A stretch of DNA of 63,859 nt, filler included, from Basidiobolus ranarum (Eukaryota), in NCBI GenBank assembly GCA_040143965.1. It is 7 parts of 7 records of this genome, joined end to end, with 100 filler letters (N's around TTAATTAATTAA, not from the genome) between each part and the next. Parts side by side here need not be neighbours in the genome. Positions count along the whole stretch, not along the records: positions 36,579 to 45,609 come from JASJQH010007757.1; positions 45,710 to 54,738 come from JASJQH010007758.1; 5 more parts are not named here. One strand, 5' to 3'. The notes below the pieces were generated by a model. The model made no database searches. It had not been told where the DNA came from and was given only the letters and a program-made list of their open reading frames with translations. Both the position numbers and the translations under genes were made by a program. Shown one piece after another: positions 40,202-53,403 of the stretch (its first letter is position 1; every line of letters starts with the position of its first letter).

Positions 40202-41708
40202 TCAAACTTTTTCGGTTCTTATAGAGATAAAACGTTGTGAATCGCTCACCATTAGCGCCGACGAAGTCGCCTTGCGCTCCTTTTCTTTGTATTCGATGTA
40301 TCTAGAAATAAACATTAGTGTCAGATTCTCTCCCTAAGCAAATATACATTATCATTGATAAGGTTGAAATAATCCACTTACGTATACCAGCAACCTCCAA
40401 GTAAGGTCAATAAAATACCAACCCCATTCATAGCTGAAATATCAAGGTTGAAGATTGTGACTGCCAAGACAATGGATAGCACTTGCTTCACATTGCCCGC
40501 TACCGTCATTGTCAATGCTGAAGTCTTCTTGTTCGCAGTGAAACTGACAACATTCAAGAAAAATGCAATCACTCCATTCACTACAAGCGCAAACACTAAA
40601 GGCCAGCTCATCTCAGTTCGAACAAAAACGGACACCGCCTCCAACTCGCCAGTCATATACGCATACATAATGGTTTGCAGGCATGCCAGTGGGGACATAC
40701 GGTACAGCAAGTCCAATGGATGCAACTTCAACCCACTTGTTTGTACCTTGTTGGTGACAACTGTCTTGATCGCTGCAAGAACTGTTCCAAGAACTGTCAA
40801 GAAGAATCCCATACCAGTAAAGTAGTAATCTCCAAAAGTTGCGAATGCCACTCCGAAAATAATCTAGATATCAACATAAATATCTCGTTAGCTTGCTGCA
40901 CCCAAAATGGATCTCTTTCTGCCACAATATATTCCCTTTGTCGAGAAACGTTCATTGGCCATGCCACATAAGGACATGGCATAGATGGTATCATAAACAT
41001 TAAACTTACCGGCAACAAAGAAGTGTATGTCATCTTTGAGTAGGTGGCCTTGAAAAACACCACCGATAGAATGATCGTGAAGAGTGGAGTCATGGCTCTA
41101 ACCACTTGATGGAACTAAAGTGTGTAGCAAAATACCATTTTAGTTTAGTACAATTATCTAGCAATATCACCCAGCACTCTTCAACTATAAAGGTTCACTT
41201 ACCGGAACTGTAACAAGATGGCTGCAGGCAGCGGTAGACAGACATACAAGAAAAGATGAAGACAAAGACATTAGTCAGTATTCTACATTAGACTCTAACA
41301 ACCTGACCAGGCTAGCTTTCTACTGGCTAACCACTCGGTTGATATTCAATGCTTGTACACTTACAGAGATACGTTGCTGATGGCGATATTGAGGGTGTAT
41401 AGTACCGAAAATGCAAGCATAACTGTGTTCTCTCTTTCTCCTAGTTTTCTTGGCTTAAACACACCAAAGAGATAGAATAGATAGGAACCAATAGCTCCAC
41501 ACAAGGTGTGTATGCCAGTGAGAGTCCAAGGAAATCCAAAGTCAAACAACTGCATCACCGCTTTGTTGTATAAGGTAAGGCCAAGATTGAAGAAAAAATA
41601 CATGATTAGCCAGGCGGCAGGAGAATCCAAGGCCTCCCTGGTTATGGAAAACCTTGAAGACTTTCCATGACTGGCGTGCAATGGAAGCTCTGTTTGAGTG
41701 ATAGACAT
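40202..41708 (-). CDS. Triose-phosphate-transporter family / SLC35E-like nucleotide-sugar transporter (5 exons)
   Basis: YFFFNLGLTLYNKAVM..FPWTLTGIH, NIAISNVSL, FHQVVRAMTP and FTANKKTSALTMTVAGNVKQ. Last exon ends RTEKV*. Confidence 0.92.
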
Positions 41709-44700
41709 AGTTTGGCTCACTATTATGATATTAAGGACTTCTGGTAATAGTTGACTTCAAGATTCGAAAGATAGGAATCGATTAAGACGAGTTACTATTA
41801 ATCCAGTGAGTGAAAGAAATAAGAAAAAAAGACGTTCCAAAATGAAGCGAGAAAAGTTTCAGTCTAAGTGTGAGAAGAATTCTTGGAAGACCTGCTATAG
41901 AATCAAGCTGCACAACGGTGGAGCTGAAAGATGAAAGGGGTAGAAAAAGACTGCTCGCAGTGCTCGATTTGTTTCAAGATAGCACACCGATTCTTATATA
42001 CATGGCCACAGCAGTGAGCGTAAGAATTTACATTGCAATTTACCTTGCTTAGAATAACCCCACTTATTCTATTGGCCTTTCTCGTTCTAGTGCTGTATTG
42101 ATCCAGCATGGGGTTAATCCTCATCTATAATACCGGAGTATAAATTATTCATTCATTCACAATATATAATAATGGACTTTGCTTTGGCCTCTTTTAGGGA
42201 AGAAAACCAGAAAAATATTATTTTCCTTCTAAAATAGCCATTTCTGACTTCAATTATGTTCAATGTCCAGTACTAATATGGCAATTATCATTAAAAAAGG
42301 TAATCGACATTATCATTATGAAATTATGTTCTGTATAACTGCTACTTCAATGCACATACGAACCCTCACTCGTCAGGGGGTGATTTAAGCTTACCTGAAC
42401 TCACCCAAATATAAACCAACGTTGGACATAATTTGCACTATCGATTATTCGTGTAACACAGCATCAGGCCCCAGCTTTCATTTTTTCTATCTTGAATTTG
42501 ATGTTACCACAAGATTGTTCTTTTTCTTAGCAGACTTAACACACGACCTAAAATGTTTCCAAACCTACTGCATATCTACAAGTCTAAACAATCCCTAGTC
42601 AGTCCCGAACAATCCGTGTAACCAATCTCCGTACATTAGCCAAGCGATATGGATATATATTGATCGCGGAGGTCAAATCATTCAGTTCTATTAGAACATC
42701 GGATAAATCTGATCTTGGTCGGGTCAAGATAGGATTTTTAAACTTCCATCTATTGTTGCATCTATGTTGCCATAAAGGAATGACCCGCCCTTCTGCTAAT
42801 CAAAAATAGCCCCACTTGCTCCATGAGACCCGACATGGAGTCCAATTTGATTAGCATTACGCGGCTTCGACATCATCACCCGCTAATCATTCTTGATCCA
42901 GTATCAAGCCAATATTGCAAGCATCGGTTGAACATCTATCTCCATGAGGTCCTTGATGGCCGCCACAACCTGCATCTGCTCCACGTCATGTAAACATTAG
43001 CTTGTACACGACAAGTTGCTGCAGTGCACTTGAGTTAACCTTAAACCTCCTTAGACAGGCGTAGATTCAAATAGGAACTAGCCCTCGGTTGTGTCTGCAT
43101 TTGAATGGGGCAGCTCTCATAGCTTGGTTATCAACTCAATGAAGTTCCTTATTTTGCTTTTCTTGATGTTAGTAACACTGTAGAACGCTGCCCACATCAG
43201 TTTATCTTAGTTTACTATTAATTACTATTAAATCCTTGTCGGCTCTTTTGGTCACACCATTATGCGTAGGATCACCCACACAGTTTAAATATTTTATGGG
43301 TTTCTCTTTCCATCGGGAAGTTGGTCTAGCCAAATTCTTTTGACTAGCTATCTTTGTGAGCTTGAGTACAACCAGTCTGGGGAGCTAGCATCCGAATTGG
43401 TGTACTATGTATAAAGGTCTGCGCTTTAAGCGTATACCAGGCTAGATGATATGAATCTTGGGAGTCCAAAAATGCTTTAACTGACTCTGTCTCAACACCT
43501 GATTAAGGGGTTTTGATTGTTTACAGTTGGGAATGCTGATGCTAAAAGCCATTAAAAGTGAAGGTCATTACCATTTTCTGAATGCGCAAGCGAGCTTATG
43601 GTACTACTTTAGTATCGATCCATCAGAGATGAGAGGAATCATATTCTTTTTAGTGAAGATTACCTCATAGGTATTGCTATAGAAGTGTGGAACCTGATTG
43701 TACTCTTCCATATTCTTGACCATTGCATCTCGGGTCTAACTAGATCAGTTGATTTCATTGTTCGAAAGAATCATCAATCTAGAAGCCACTTGGTCTAAGG
43801 CGATATTTCTTTGCAGTCTCAGTACCATACGCAGTAAGCAATATTTTTCATTGGATCTCCACCCTTGTAGGTTCTCACCTTAAATCCAAGTACGAAGCGG
43901 ATTATTCAGCAGGAATACATGCACCAAAATTGGTTAATGTACGTTACCAATTCCACCTTTACTTAAATTTAATTTACTGTATACGCCATTCATTGCTCCA
44001 AATTCGTTCTTGCTACCGAGGTTGCTCTTTCAACCAATACTCATTTTAGGTTTATAATCTGTTCAGCAGTTAGATAAACGCTGCAAGTATCATGACTCAC
44101 CTAGATGTATGTACTACCTTAAGCACCTCATTTTGAAGGCATACAGGCACCTGCATCAATGAGGTAGAAGCCAGCGAGCATATTCAACGCAAATTGGTTC
44201 TCTACATGACTATCAGCTGATGGTGGGACTCAAAATGGGGAATGCAAGTACTAATGACCCATTGATATTTACACATCTACCGATATCTAACAAGGCAGCC
44301 AGATATGATTCGAACCTCAGCAGCACATGCAAGCTCACTTTGGTGTTATCAGTAATATTAGGCACATACCTATTATGGAGATACAGGGGAAGTTGCTTGA
44401 ACCCTTACACCAGATTTCTTAAATACTAGCGAGGATTAGTTAACTGGCACACCTTAGAATAGAGTGAGATTACTTACAAAGCGATGTAGAACCTTGGGTG
44501 TTGTAGTCAGTTCCCATCGATGATTGTCAAAAGATATGAATATTATTCTAAGATCTAATTTACACCAATTTCCGCTTGCATACCTATTGATCCAAATCCA
44601 ACGATGAGTCTGAAACGCCAGTGAGAATTCATACCACCGAACTAAAATCAGTCAGATATTCGGATTCGATACTATTTTTGTAATTCCCATTAAGGGATTG

Positions 44701-45365
44701 ATTTGAAATGAATGGCTATTTATATCTGGAAAATCGAAGCCAATTGTTTCAATTAAAAGCTATGATAACCGCCGATTTTCCCTCAAAAACTTCTTTTGAT
44801 TCTGGTGTGAAGTTACACACGAGTGATCTATTCATGCACTTCATATTAGAGGAACATTCCATATATATAATCGCCCTTCCTCTCCTAATTTAGTCATTGG
44901 TGATACTCAGATGCAGTTCAAGAATCCATGGATCCGACGTTTAATCACTGTTGCTGAGAAGTTATTAAAGTGGGACTTCAGAATCCTAATTGGCAGGACA
45001 GGATAAAGAGAGAGGAATGGTGGGAGAAGCAAAGATGGAAATCAGTGGAACTATGGTACATTATTATTGAAGCGAAGAAAATTCAAAAGATCATTGGTGA
45101 CCATCAAGGATGAACAGAATTAACCAAATTGATGATCTAGATTATGGGGTTTCAATTTAGACAGAGTCATTGAGTACAGGCTATAGGTGGTCGACTAGTT
45201 AAGCTGTTGGAGAACAAAATTCATTCTGATCAGTGTTTAAGAGTTTAAGGACAAGATAGCATGAAGGATGATTAAAGAAAAACATATAATGGGTCACAAA
45301 AAGTTTACGATGAGTTTTGGGGTTTATAATAAGTGCCGTAGAGTTGACCGCATATATGTAAATCT

Positions 45366-45609
45366 TCAAATCTTCTCTGTACGAACAGCAATAAAGCGTT
45401 GCTGTTGCTCATTGATCATCTGCGATCTAGACTTGGCCTTGCGCTCTTTCTCTTTATATTCGATGTATCTGCAAATAAACATTACAGTGTTAGATTCCCT
45501 CCCTAAGCAAATATACATTATCATTGATAAGGTTGAAATAATCCACTTACGTATACCAGCAACCTCCAAGTAAGGTCAATAAAATACCAACCCCATTCAT
45601 AGCTGAAAT
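45366..45609 (-). CDS. 3' end of a tandem paralog of the TPT-family transporter (truncated by scaffold end)
   Basis: ISAMNGVGILLTLLGGCWYT, intron, YIEYKEKERK...RTEKI*. Confidence 0.88.
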
Positions 45610-45709
45610 NNNNNNNNNNNNNNNNNNNNNNNNNNNNNNNNNNNNNNNNNNNNTTAATTAATTAANNNNNNNNNNNNNNNNNNNNNNNNNNNNNNNNNNN
45701 NNNNNNNNN
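45610..45709. other. Artificial scaffold linker
   Basis: N44-TTAATTAATTAA-N44. Confidence 0.98.
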
Positions 45710-45806
45710 CCCGCAGAACACGCTGAGGCCCTGAGTAGACTCCATAGGGACTAAAGCCACCTCCGTCAACACTTTCTTCTTCTTTTTTGGTATTGACGTT
45801 TCCCAT
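45710..45806 (-). CDS. SIP5: Sip5-family protein, N-terminus only
   Basis: MGNVNTKKEEESVDGGGFSPYGVYSGPQ resembles the conserved MGN..VDGG...GVY.GP start of fungal Sip5. Confidence 0.65.
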
Positions 45807-46908
45807 GTTTAAGGCTAATAGATAACTAAACTACCGGAGATTTACACTCGAGAAAGGCGGGCTATGTTAAAGAATTGAGAGTATATAGCTGCATAAAGAA
45901 TCAAATGTCAGTAAAGTTTGAAATACAGGTAGCATTAGTCAATTGCTTGAATGTAAGCAAAGTCTAATAAAATAGATTAAACCTAGTCATTAGAGTTACA
46001 ATCTAATACATTAGCCTGAAAATGCACTCAAGGGGAGGTTGTACTAAGGTTTTCGCTTGAATATTGGCATACCTTTATGGTGTGAAGCTCTTTGACTACC
46101 AAGTTCGGTTGTAAGGATACCAAGTGGTGATATTAGAAGTGCTTAGCCATAACTGTAAACTGTGACTAATTGAAGGAACCAAAATGCAGTGGATCCTCCC
46201 CCAAAATGATAACTGTTAATATTCGACTTGTATACGAAGATACAATATATACAAGGTTAAGTTAGATGTGGGCGTTGTTAGACACGATCCGTCAAAACCA
46301 GACCAAATTCTTGTTTCTTTAGTGTACGGAGTGTATAAATATGGATCTATCAAACATCCAAGCATCTAGAGTGTGCACAAATGTAAGAGTATAGAATGCA
46401 AAAAATGATGTGCTACCTCAGATTGCGGCATCTAATATTTCATCCAACTAACACTGCAACACCGTTCAAAGCTATGCTCATGCTGGATTCCGGAATCTTT
46501 ACATCGTATTCACGATTGTTAGACAACGGTACAACGAGTATGTCGTTGTGCTGCATCAGGGCCATTCAACCTGGGTGAGACATACCAATAAAATGTATTT
46601 AAGCAAATTCACAAGGTTGCTTGCAGTACGAATGGTAAATGTGCGAGTATGAAGTTGAGTGTATTGTATCTTAAGGTGCTCAACATCTCTATTAACAGAG
46701 TATATTTAGGGTTGGCAGATTATTAAGACGCTTGCAAAAAACATGGTTGAAACGATCGCACCAAAACACTTTTTTTAACCTTTAATTATGAAGTTCCTCT
46801 TCCAAGAGAAAATGGACAGAGAGCGTTTTGGGTAAGAGTGGCTTTATGAATATAGTTTGCGATCAAGTAATATGCAAAGACCCCATTCTTTCTGGGATTA
46901 TATATAGT

Positions 46909-47747
46909 CTAATTGGTAGACTTGACGGGCTTCAACCATTCTTTAGGGAAAGCAAGGTCTTTCTTGGGTTGAGGCTTAGCTCTCAATGGAATATCAGCAA
47001 ATGTATCCGAGGGATCCTAAAAGCATATTTTAATGTTGACTCTTAATATTCGATTTTGTTGGTCGCTAACAAAAACTTCCTTACCTTAGCACACTCAAGA
47101 AGCTTATCCAATACATCGGAGGCGTGCTTGTAGTTTTGCTCACGTAGACGATATTTCTCGCAAGATATCTTGATCTCGTTCTTGTCAGCGTTGTAGTGAG
47201 GTCCACATAACAAGAGAAGTTTATGCTTCTGAGTATCGTTAATGCTGAGGTCATCAGGCTTAACAGTCAAAACTACTTTACGAGCGTTGGGGTGATCTTC
47301 TCCGAAATAATCGGTGGTTTTGTATGCAACAATTTTACCAACAGATTTGGGAGGGACAAAAGTCTTTTGAAACTCTAAGAAATATGAACTTAATTAGTTT
47401 TGTTTATGCTGTAAAGCTTAGCGTCCTAATATACGGTCAGGGAAGTACTAGAAAGCGTAGCATACAACAACCGGATACTTACTGGCAAGTTGAGGAAGTT
47501 CATACTGAGCTTTCTTCAAATAAGATCTCACATCACGAATGTTCTCAAGCATATTGTGACCGAACCAAGTATGATCGTTAAATTCATAATCTGGAAGGTC
47601 CCCAACATCTTTTTCGGGGAGCTTGTTAGCAGCTCCAGGTTTAGCGCGAGCAAGCACAACTGGAGCCATAGAGATTTGGCGTCTGGCCATGTTTACAGTG
47701 GCAGACTTGGCAAATTGGGAGACATTGATTCTTGTTATAGTAGTCAT
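46909..47747 (-). CDS. RSM24: Mitochondrial small-subunit ribosomal protein mS35 (3 exons)
   Basis: R/S-rich presequence, RSYLKKAQYELPQL, YFGEDHPNARKVVL, HKLLLLCGPHYN, KISCEKY and DPSDTFADIPL..FPKEW. Confidence 0.92.
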
Positions 47748-48601
47748 TTTGGAACTATATTCAGTATAACGAATAGGTAAAGTGGGGAAAGTAAGAGAAA
47801 ATAGTTGAATAACTTCTCGGAAAGCTTTAACTTCCAACTTGTTTGAACGTCAAAGCTCTACTCGTGACAAGTTAAAGCAAAAAATTGAAACGCCTATAAC
47901 GAGCTATTACTTCTCGAAATGAGAAAATTTCTTGAAGCCTGATGAACTTGATTAAGATGGGGTGAGAAAAATTTAAGGTACCCCATTTTGGCAGTAATTA
48001 GTTTATGTCGTTACAGTATTTAAACTTAAGATTGAGACGAATGAGAATTAATTTTGGACGATTTTCGCTTTTTTTATGGGAGACTCCCAAGTTATTTCTG
48101 TACCTTTTGACTATTTTTCTTGGACGGCCATCAGGGTAGCGGTGATAAGAATAAAACCCGTCCCACTCCCAGTACTGTATTACTTATTTTTATTATGCAG
48201 CTAGTAATTTTGATATGGTCATTGACGTTTACTTTCCTCCGGCTGGCGCTGGTTTGCTATGACCGATCAGTTAGTTTAGCTTTCCCCTTTTACTTACATG
48301 TCCATTGGACTTGAAACAAAATCATTAATCTTAAGAAACACTGATATAAAGAGCTTTTTGTAAATGATACAGTGATCTTTGACCAATTATAAATTAGAAA
48401 TACATGATTTATATATAACACTAAAAATCCATCAATAGTCTTCTTTACAGAAAACCAAATGTTTAGAGAAGGAATTCATGATATTTTAAAAAGGGACTGG
48501 AATCGAAAGAAAAAGATAGAAGAAAAAGGTAAACTTTTTAAGGTTTACTATATATATAGTGTACGGGTTGTTTAATATACATACTATCGTGTTTAGTTGT
48601 A

Positions 48602-50378
48602 GTCAGATGCAAGGATAGTAGTAAACCTGGGCATCACACGAAGAGAAGTAGTCAATGTGAACATTTTGAATCAACACCGACTTCGGGTAAGTATAGATAT
48701 TTTGCGTACGTAGAGTAGCCTGCGACAACAGTTCGAATGGGATATATGTGTGTAGTTGACACAAAGCGCAACGGAAGTACTGTGTATGAAAAGAACGAAG
48801 CAAAAAAACAAAAGACTAACGCAAAGAGGTACACTGAGCCAGAAGAAAGTAGTCCTGTATGTTTGAGCTGTCATCAAGAAGGCCATAAGAGCTCAAGATC
48901 AAAGGACTGCCCAAATCACAAGATGACTAAACAAGAGCAAGTGCAAAGTCTTTTGGGAAGTAACATTACAACTGTGACGACTGAAAGCATATATTGTTTG
49001 CAGAGTTATGGAATTGTTTGAAAAGGTAATCATAATTTTAAATGCATCCCGTATACATACATTTAAACTATACATATACATGTAGCCAGAGAAAGGTCTT
49101 GTTAAAAAAATTGTCCATGCCTATTGTTATCAATATGTTTGTGGAGGCATTCATGTTTGGCCTGATGACCTTCCTGAAGCTTACAATGATAAAATGCCAG
49201 CGATTGAAGAGATATGCAGAGAATTGTCAGCAATAGACATGCCTAAGCCAGTTACCTTGTCTGCCTCTCCTGGAGTATACATTCCTATGCTAGCTAGCAT
49301 TATGAGAAAGTATGAAGTAGGTAATACACACCCCAAACCTTGCAAGTGGAGCTACCCCCAATCGAGTTACTTTACTCAACAATAAACGCGCTTACATAGC
49401 AAAAATGCATAATCGGAATTTCGGCTACGAGACCAAATGTGGTGAATCCATAGCATCATGCTTATCACTTCTGTCTGATGAAAAAACCTGTAGCACGCTG
49501 TACTTTTCGTTTATCAGTAAATACGGAACAACCCTATACTACCCTGAAGCAGCTTTGGTTAGGAGATTAAAGGTGATGCACCATGCCCAAGACTCACTTA
49601 AATTGAAACCAAATCCATATGATTCCAGGGTTTCGAATATGATTAGTTCAGTAAGCCCAGTGATTCAAATAGACATAACGAATCCAGTTTCTCCAAGTCT
49701 TTGCTTTTGGTTTGTTGGAGCTGAGACATCATGATTCATTCTAAAACTCTAGGTTTTGAATACGGATGGGATGCTTACGATATTGGCTATTGACCTATAG
49801 TGTCAACCCTCGTGATTCAAAATGCATCTATGTGATTGGTAACTATATCTCGTGTGAGGTGTTCATAGCCAACTAGATGCTCAGTCAATACACTCGAAGC
49901 TATCTGATTTGCTGATACCGAAGATAAGTCAAGCATTGAATGAGAAGTTGGTCAGGCCTACTGCAAAACGTTTCCACATGTCACTTAGAGACTAGCATTA
50001 GCACCGTCCGTGCATTATCTATACATGACAACCATGGAATCAGTTCAAAGGGAGCTAAGATTTGAGTGATAAGGTCAAGCTTGATAAATGAAAGAACAAA
50101 TTGTTTAGACCAAATAGTATCATTTGTCGTTGTGTGATTTCTTGCTGACTACGTCTTCCAGCTCAGCCAATGACTCCTCTAATTTGCAGATCCAATTCAT
50201 AAATGCTCGGCTGCTGGTTATTTGTGTATCAAGCGTCTGCACAAGAAATGGGGATATGAAGAGCAGTCAATATTCCCTATGCAACATAATCAGTCCACAT
50301 TCCAGATATGGCCAATCATATAGCGGTCGTGGTAGATACGAGAAACTCCCAAGTCTTAGAACCATAATTTGGCCTTAA
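48602..50378 (+). pseudogene. Decayed Fanzor1 (eukaryotic TnpB)-like gene with tandem N-terminal zinc knuckles and introns
   Basis: CKDSSKPGH..RSSQC and CLSCHQEGHKSSRSKDC are joined by an in-frame intron (48687-48755). A second intron lies at 49026-49085. Further motifs: YCYQYVCGG..WP, FLQVFAF..TDG, VNP (RuvC-I-like), DFLLTTS, and C-x4-C..NGD (RuvC-III-like). Many lesions. Confidence 0.55.
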
Positions 50379-50562
50379 CCGGCTACCTCCGATCCAATTA
50401 AGTTCACTGGTCGATTTGAAATTAGCAGTAGGGAGTGTAGTCTATATCAATTGTGCCACAGTATTAGTCTATATGGCTTGTCTCATTTTAGTATTTAAAG
50501 GTGTGGAAGTTGGCGCCAAATATTTGTCACTTCTCACTTTTCATATCCTCTAACACCCTAAC

Positions 50563-50838
50563 ATGGAAAATATTAGTAAAGATATTCATCATCTTCAAAG
50601 TAATGACATTTGGCATGAAGAAGGCTCTATCTCACGTTCTCTTTCTTCTATGTTAAAGCCATATATGTCAGAAGAATCTCTTTCGGACATTGCCTTGGAA
50701 GGGCTTCGTGGATCTCTCTCTTCCTCAGACTTTTCTCAATATAAGCACACCGATACCGAATTAAGTGAAGACGAGAAATCTACCTCCAATCTGGATATTT
50801 TTTTGGTATTAACTTTGGGAGCCGCTCTTTTGCTTTGA
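50563..50838 (+). CDS. Hypothetical small Ser/acidic protein with C-terminal hydrophobic tail
   Basis: ATG-initiated 91-aa ORF with biased composition, ending IFLVLTLGAALLL. No family recognised. Confidence 0.35.
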   Translation: MENISKDIHHLQSNDIWHEEGSISRSLSSMLKPYMSEESLSDIALEGLRGSLSSSDFSQYKHTDTELSEDEKSTSNLDIFLVLTLGAALLL

Positions 50839-53403
50839 AGAAGTTGAATTCCTTAGTGCTCAATCGCGCTTTCTTCGAATCCCGAGTTCTGTACATATAC
50901 ACAATATCCATAAGTTTATTTACAATTTCTTTGAGTTTAAACACATAAAATGTCTGGTAATAATATCGTCCACATGGACTAGTATCTTTGTAAAGATGAT
51001 GCGTAGCAAAAGGACACTACGGAACTAGTTGCCCTTCTTGTATTCCGTCTTCAAGTAATTCTCAATAATAAATACACTTTGTGAAATTCATTACGTTTTA
51101 GTGCATGGGCCAGAAGGATTAATGTATTGAGTCGTTTCATGTTGCATATTCCGCCATAGCCTCTGTTGGTGAGTTGTAGCATTTAACAAGGAATTTTTTG
51201 CAATAGCTTAAGTAGTGACCGAATTTTTTTAAAATATTAATATTCCATGTAGTGACTACTTCAGTCATGAGCTGAAGTAGTTAAAACACAAATAGAATAG
51301 CAAGGTCCATGTCAAATCTTTCTAGATTAGCTATATCCTTACCTTATGTTTAAAAATTACCTAAGAGGCTTATCTTTTACCGAGTTTCGAAGATCCGAGA
51401 TAATCAGCATATTTATAAAGGGTAACATGTAATTAAGAAATCATCCCATATACAGTCAATTCAGTACATTTGGAAACCCATCTGATACTCTGAATATATA
51501 TTAGCTTAGCTTAGTATTCTCCATATCTGAGATTATTAGATATGATATATACACTGCCCATCGCTCGGAAGCCTCTGCTAATATATGAAATCATCGCCTT
51601 ATATGTGCGGAAAAGGATTGCTTTGATTGATGAAAGGGTTCGTTATATTACCCGGAGTAGCCGAAGCAGGTAGATTATTACTCTCGAATTGTAGTAAATC
51701 AGAGACGGTCCGTTTTATCTATTTTTCATGTAACTCATAGTTTGTTGATTTTATTCATGTATCTACATATAAACATACTTTTAATATCTATATAACTTCC
51801 ATATCGGCGAGCCATATTTGAAAGACTCATTTCAACCATATGATTTCTCACCATGAATTTTCCAAATACTCTAATTATGTGTAATTCGTAGCTACTAGAA
51901 CCACCATTAACGATTATTCTGAAACAGGAAAAGGATCTGAATGCCATTACTCTGTCTGCTATTTCGAAGGCACTATCATGAGGTTTTTAGATTTTTCCGT
52001 GCATATTCAGTCACTACTAAGAGTAATCGTCAGTTATCTGCCGACTCTTACTCATAGCCCTCACATGGGTGGTGGCACTCACCATTCTAGTAAGGCTGTA
52101 TTTTGTAATATGTATTTACTCCTAGCGATATCTGCAGAAAAAAGTTATATCGAAGCAAAGACCGAGGCCTTAGTTTTTGTAAGACTCCACATAATACACA
52201 GTTACCAGAATAATTTTCTTAACTTCTTTAAAACAATGATCATATGGTTACTGCTATTTCTCTTATATTTATAATGCAGAGTAATGGATTTCGTATAATT
52301 GGCGTAGGTAAACTTAGATCCGTTTCTACAAGAACCTATTGTTTGAACCCAGGCGCTTTTGGTTGATTCTTGAAAAATCAGTTTCTTAGACACTCTTCCA
52401 TTCCATATTATTTCTAGTCATGCTGAAATTCACACTATGTGTTAGTAATCAGCTTCAATGGCGAGCTGTTATCGATTCGTAACTGTGACATCAACATTCT
52501 CAGTATATTGTAAATATTCGAGATCCTTAACCTAAGAAAAGCTGGCAAAGAAGTGCTCATCTAAGAATTCCCTGAGAACTCTTCATACCGACAAATCCAC
52601 ATAGCTCCCATGATTCACCAGATTAAGTAAGAATTTCCATGACATTTGATTGACGCGATTCCTTGCTCATCTGTATAGCTACTCTGAAACATACTTTTAT
52701 GACTTACAAATAAATATTCTTAAGTATCACACAGATATTTCTAACATCTTGACTTAAAACTATGTTCCCTTGTTAATGCTGGTGTAACCCATGAAAGAAG
52801 TGGACAATAATTTTTGATGAGAGAAATAGGCGGATGGCTTATCATATCTGCATTGTCATTATGCTTAGCATCATCGATGAAGTGACATCTCATTATATAA
52901 GAATTGTACTTATTTATAACTATATCAGTCACATATGACTCAGATAAGACCCAAAAGGGCCTTCGTGTAATACAACAGATATTTTCGTTGGATTATATTA
53001 TTGCAACCCTTATGAGTGTGTAATTGAACACCAATCAAGGCTTATTCGCATTGCTATTGTTATTCAAATAAATATATACTTCTTTATTTGATAGGAATAA
53101 GCTTCCCCACTAATGCTGATTTTAGTTGATACTCCTGGTGGCAGCCAATGGTAGACATGTATTTTATTAATTACTCCTAGATGACTGGACTTGAAGATTT
53201 GAATACGAACTCCAGAAAGTTTTTATTCGTTGTTATAGTTGCATTTCTACATTGAGTTGTGTTTGAACTCTCTACCTCTAACTTCTCATTTAACTCTTAG
53301 ACTTCCGGTGCAATATTTCTAGCAACTTTCTGAATACTGTGACTCGGGGTTTAGATAGCTTGATTCGAAAAACGCGACAAGATAATTAACGTATCATGCT
53401 ATC

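Noticed and set aside
40448-40971. Antisense ORFs overlapping real genes (also 16236-16514, 54035-54334, 55721-56038, 59539-59774)
   Set aside because: These are shadow frames of well-supported genes with no independent motifs.
42600-43700. Possible decayed coding or retroelement sequence between the transporter paralogs
   Set aside because: Only vague fragments with many stops and no diagnostic motif.
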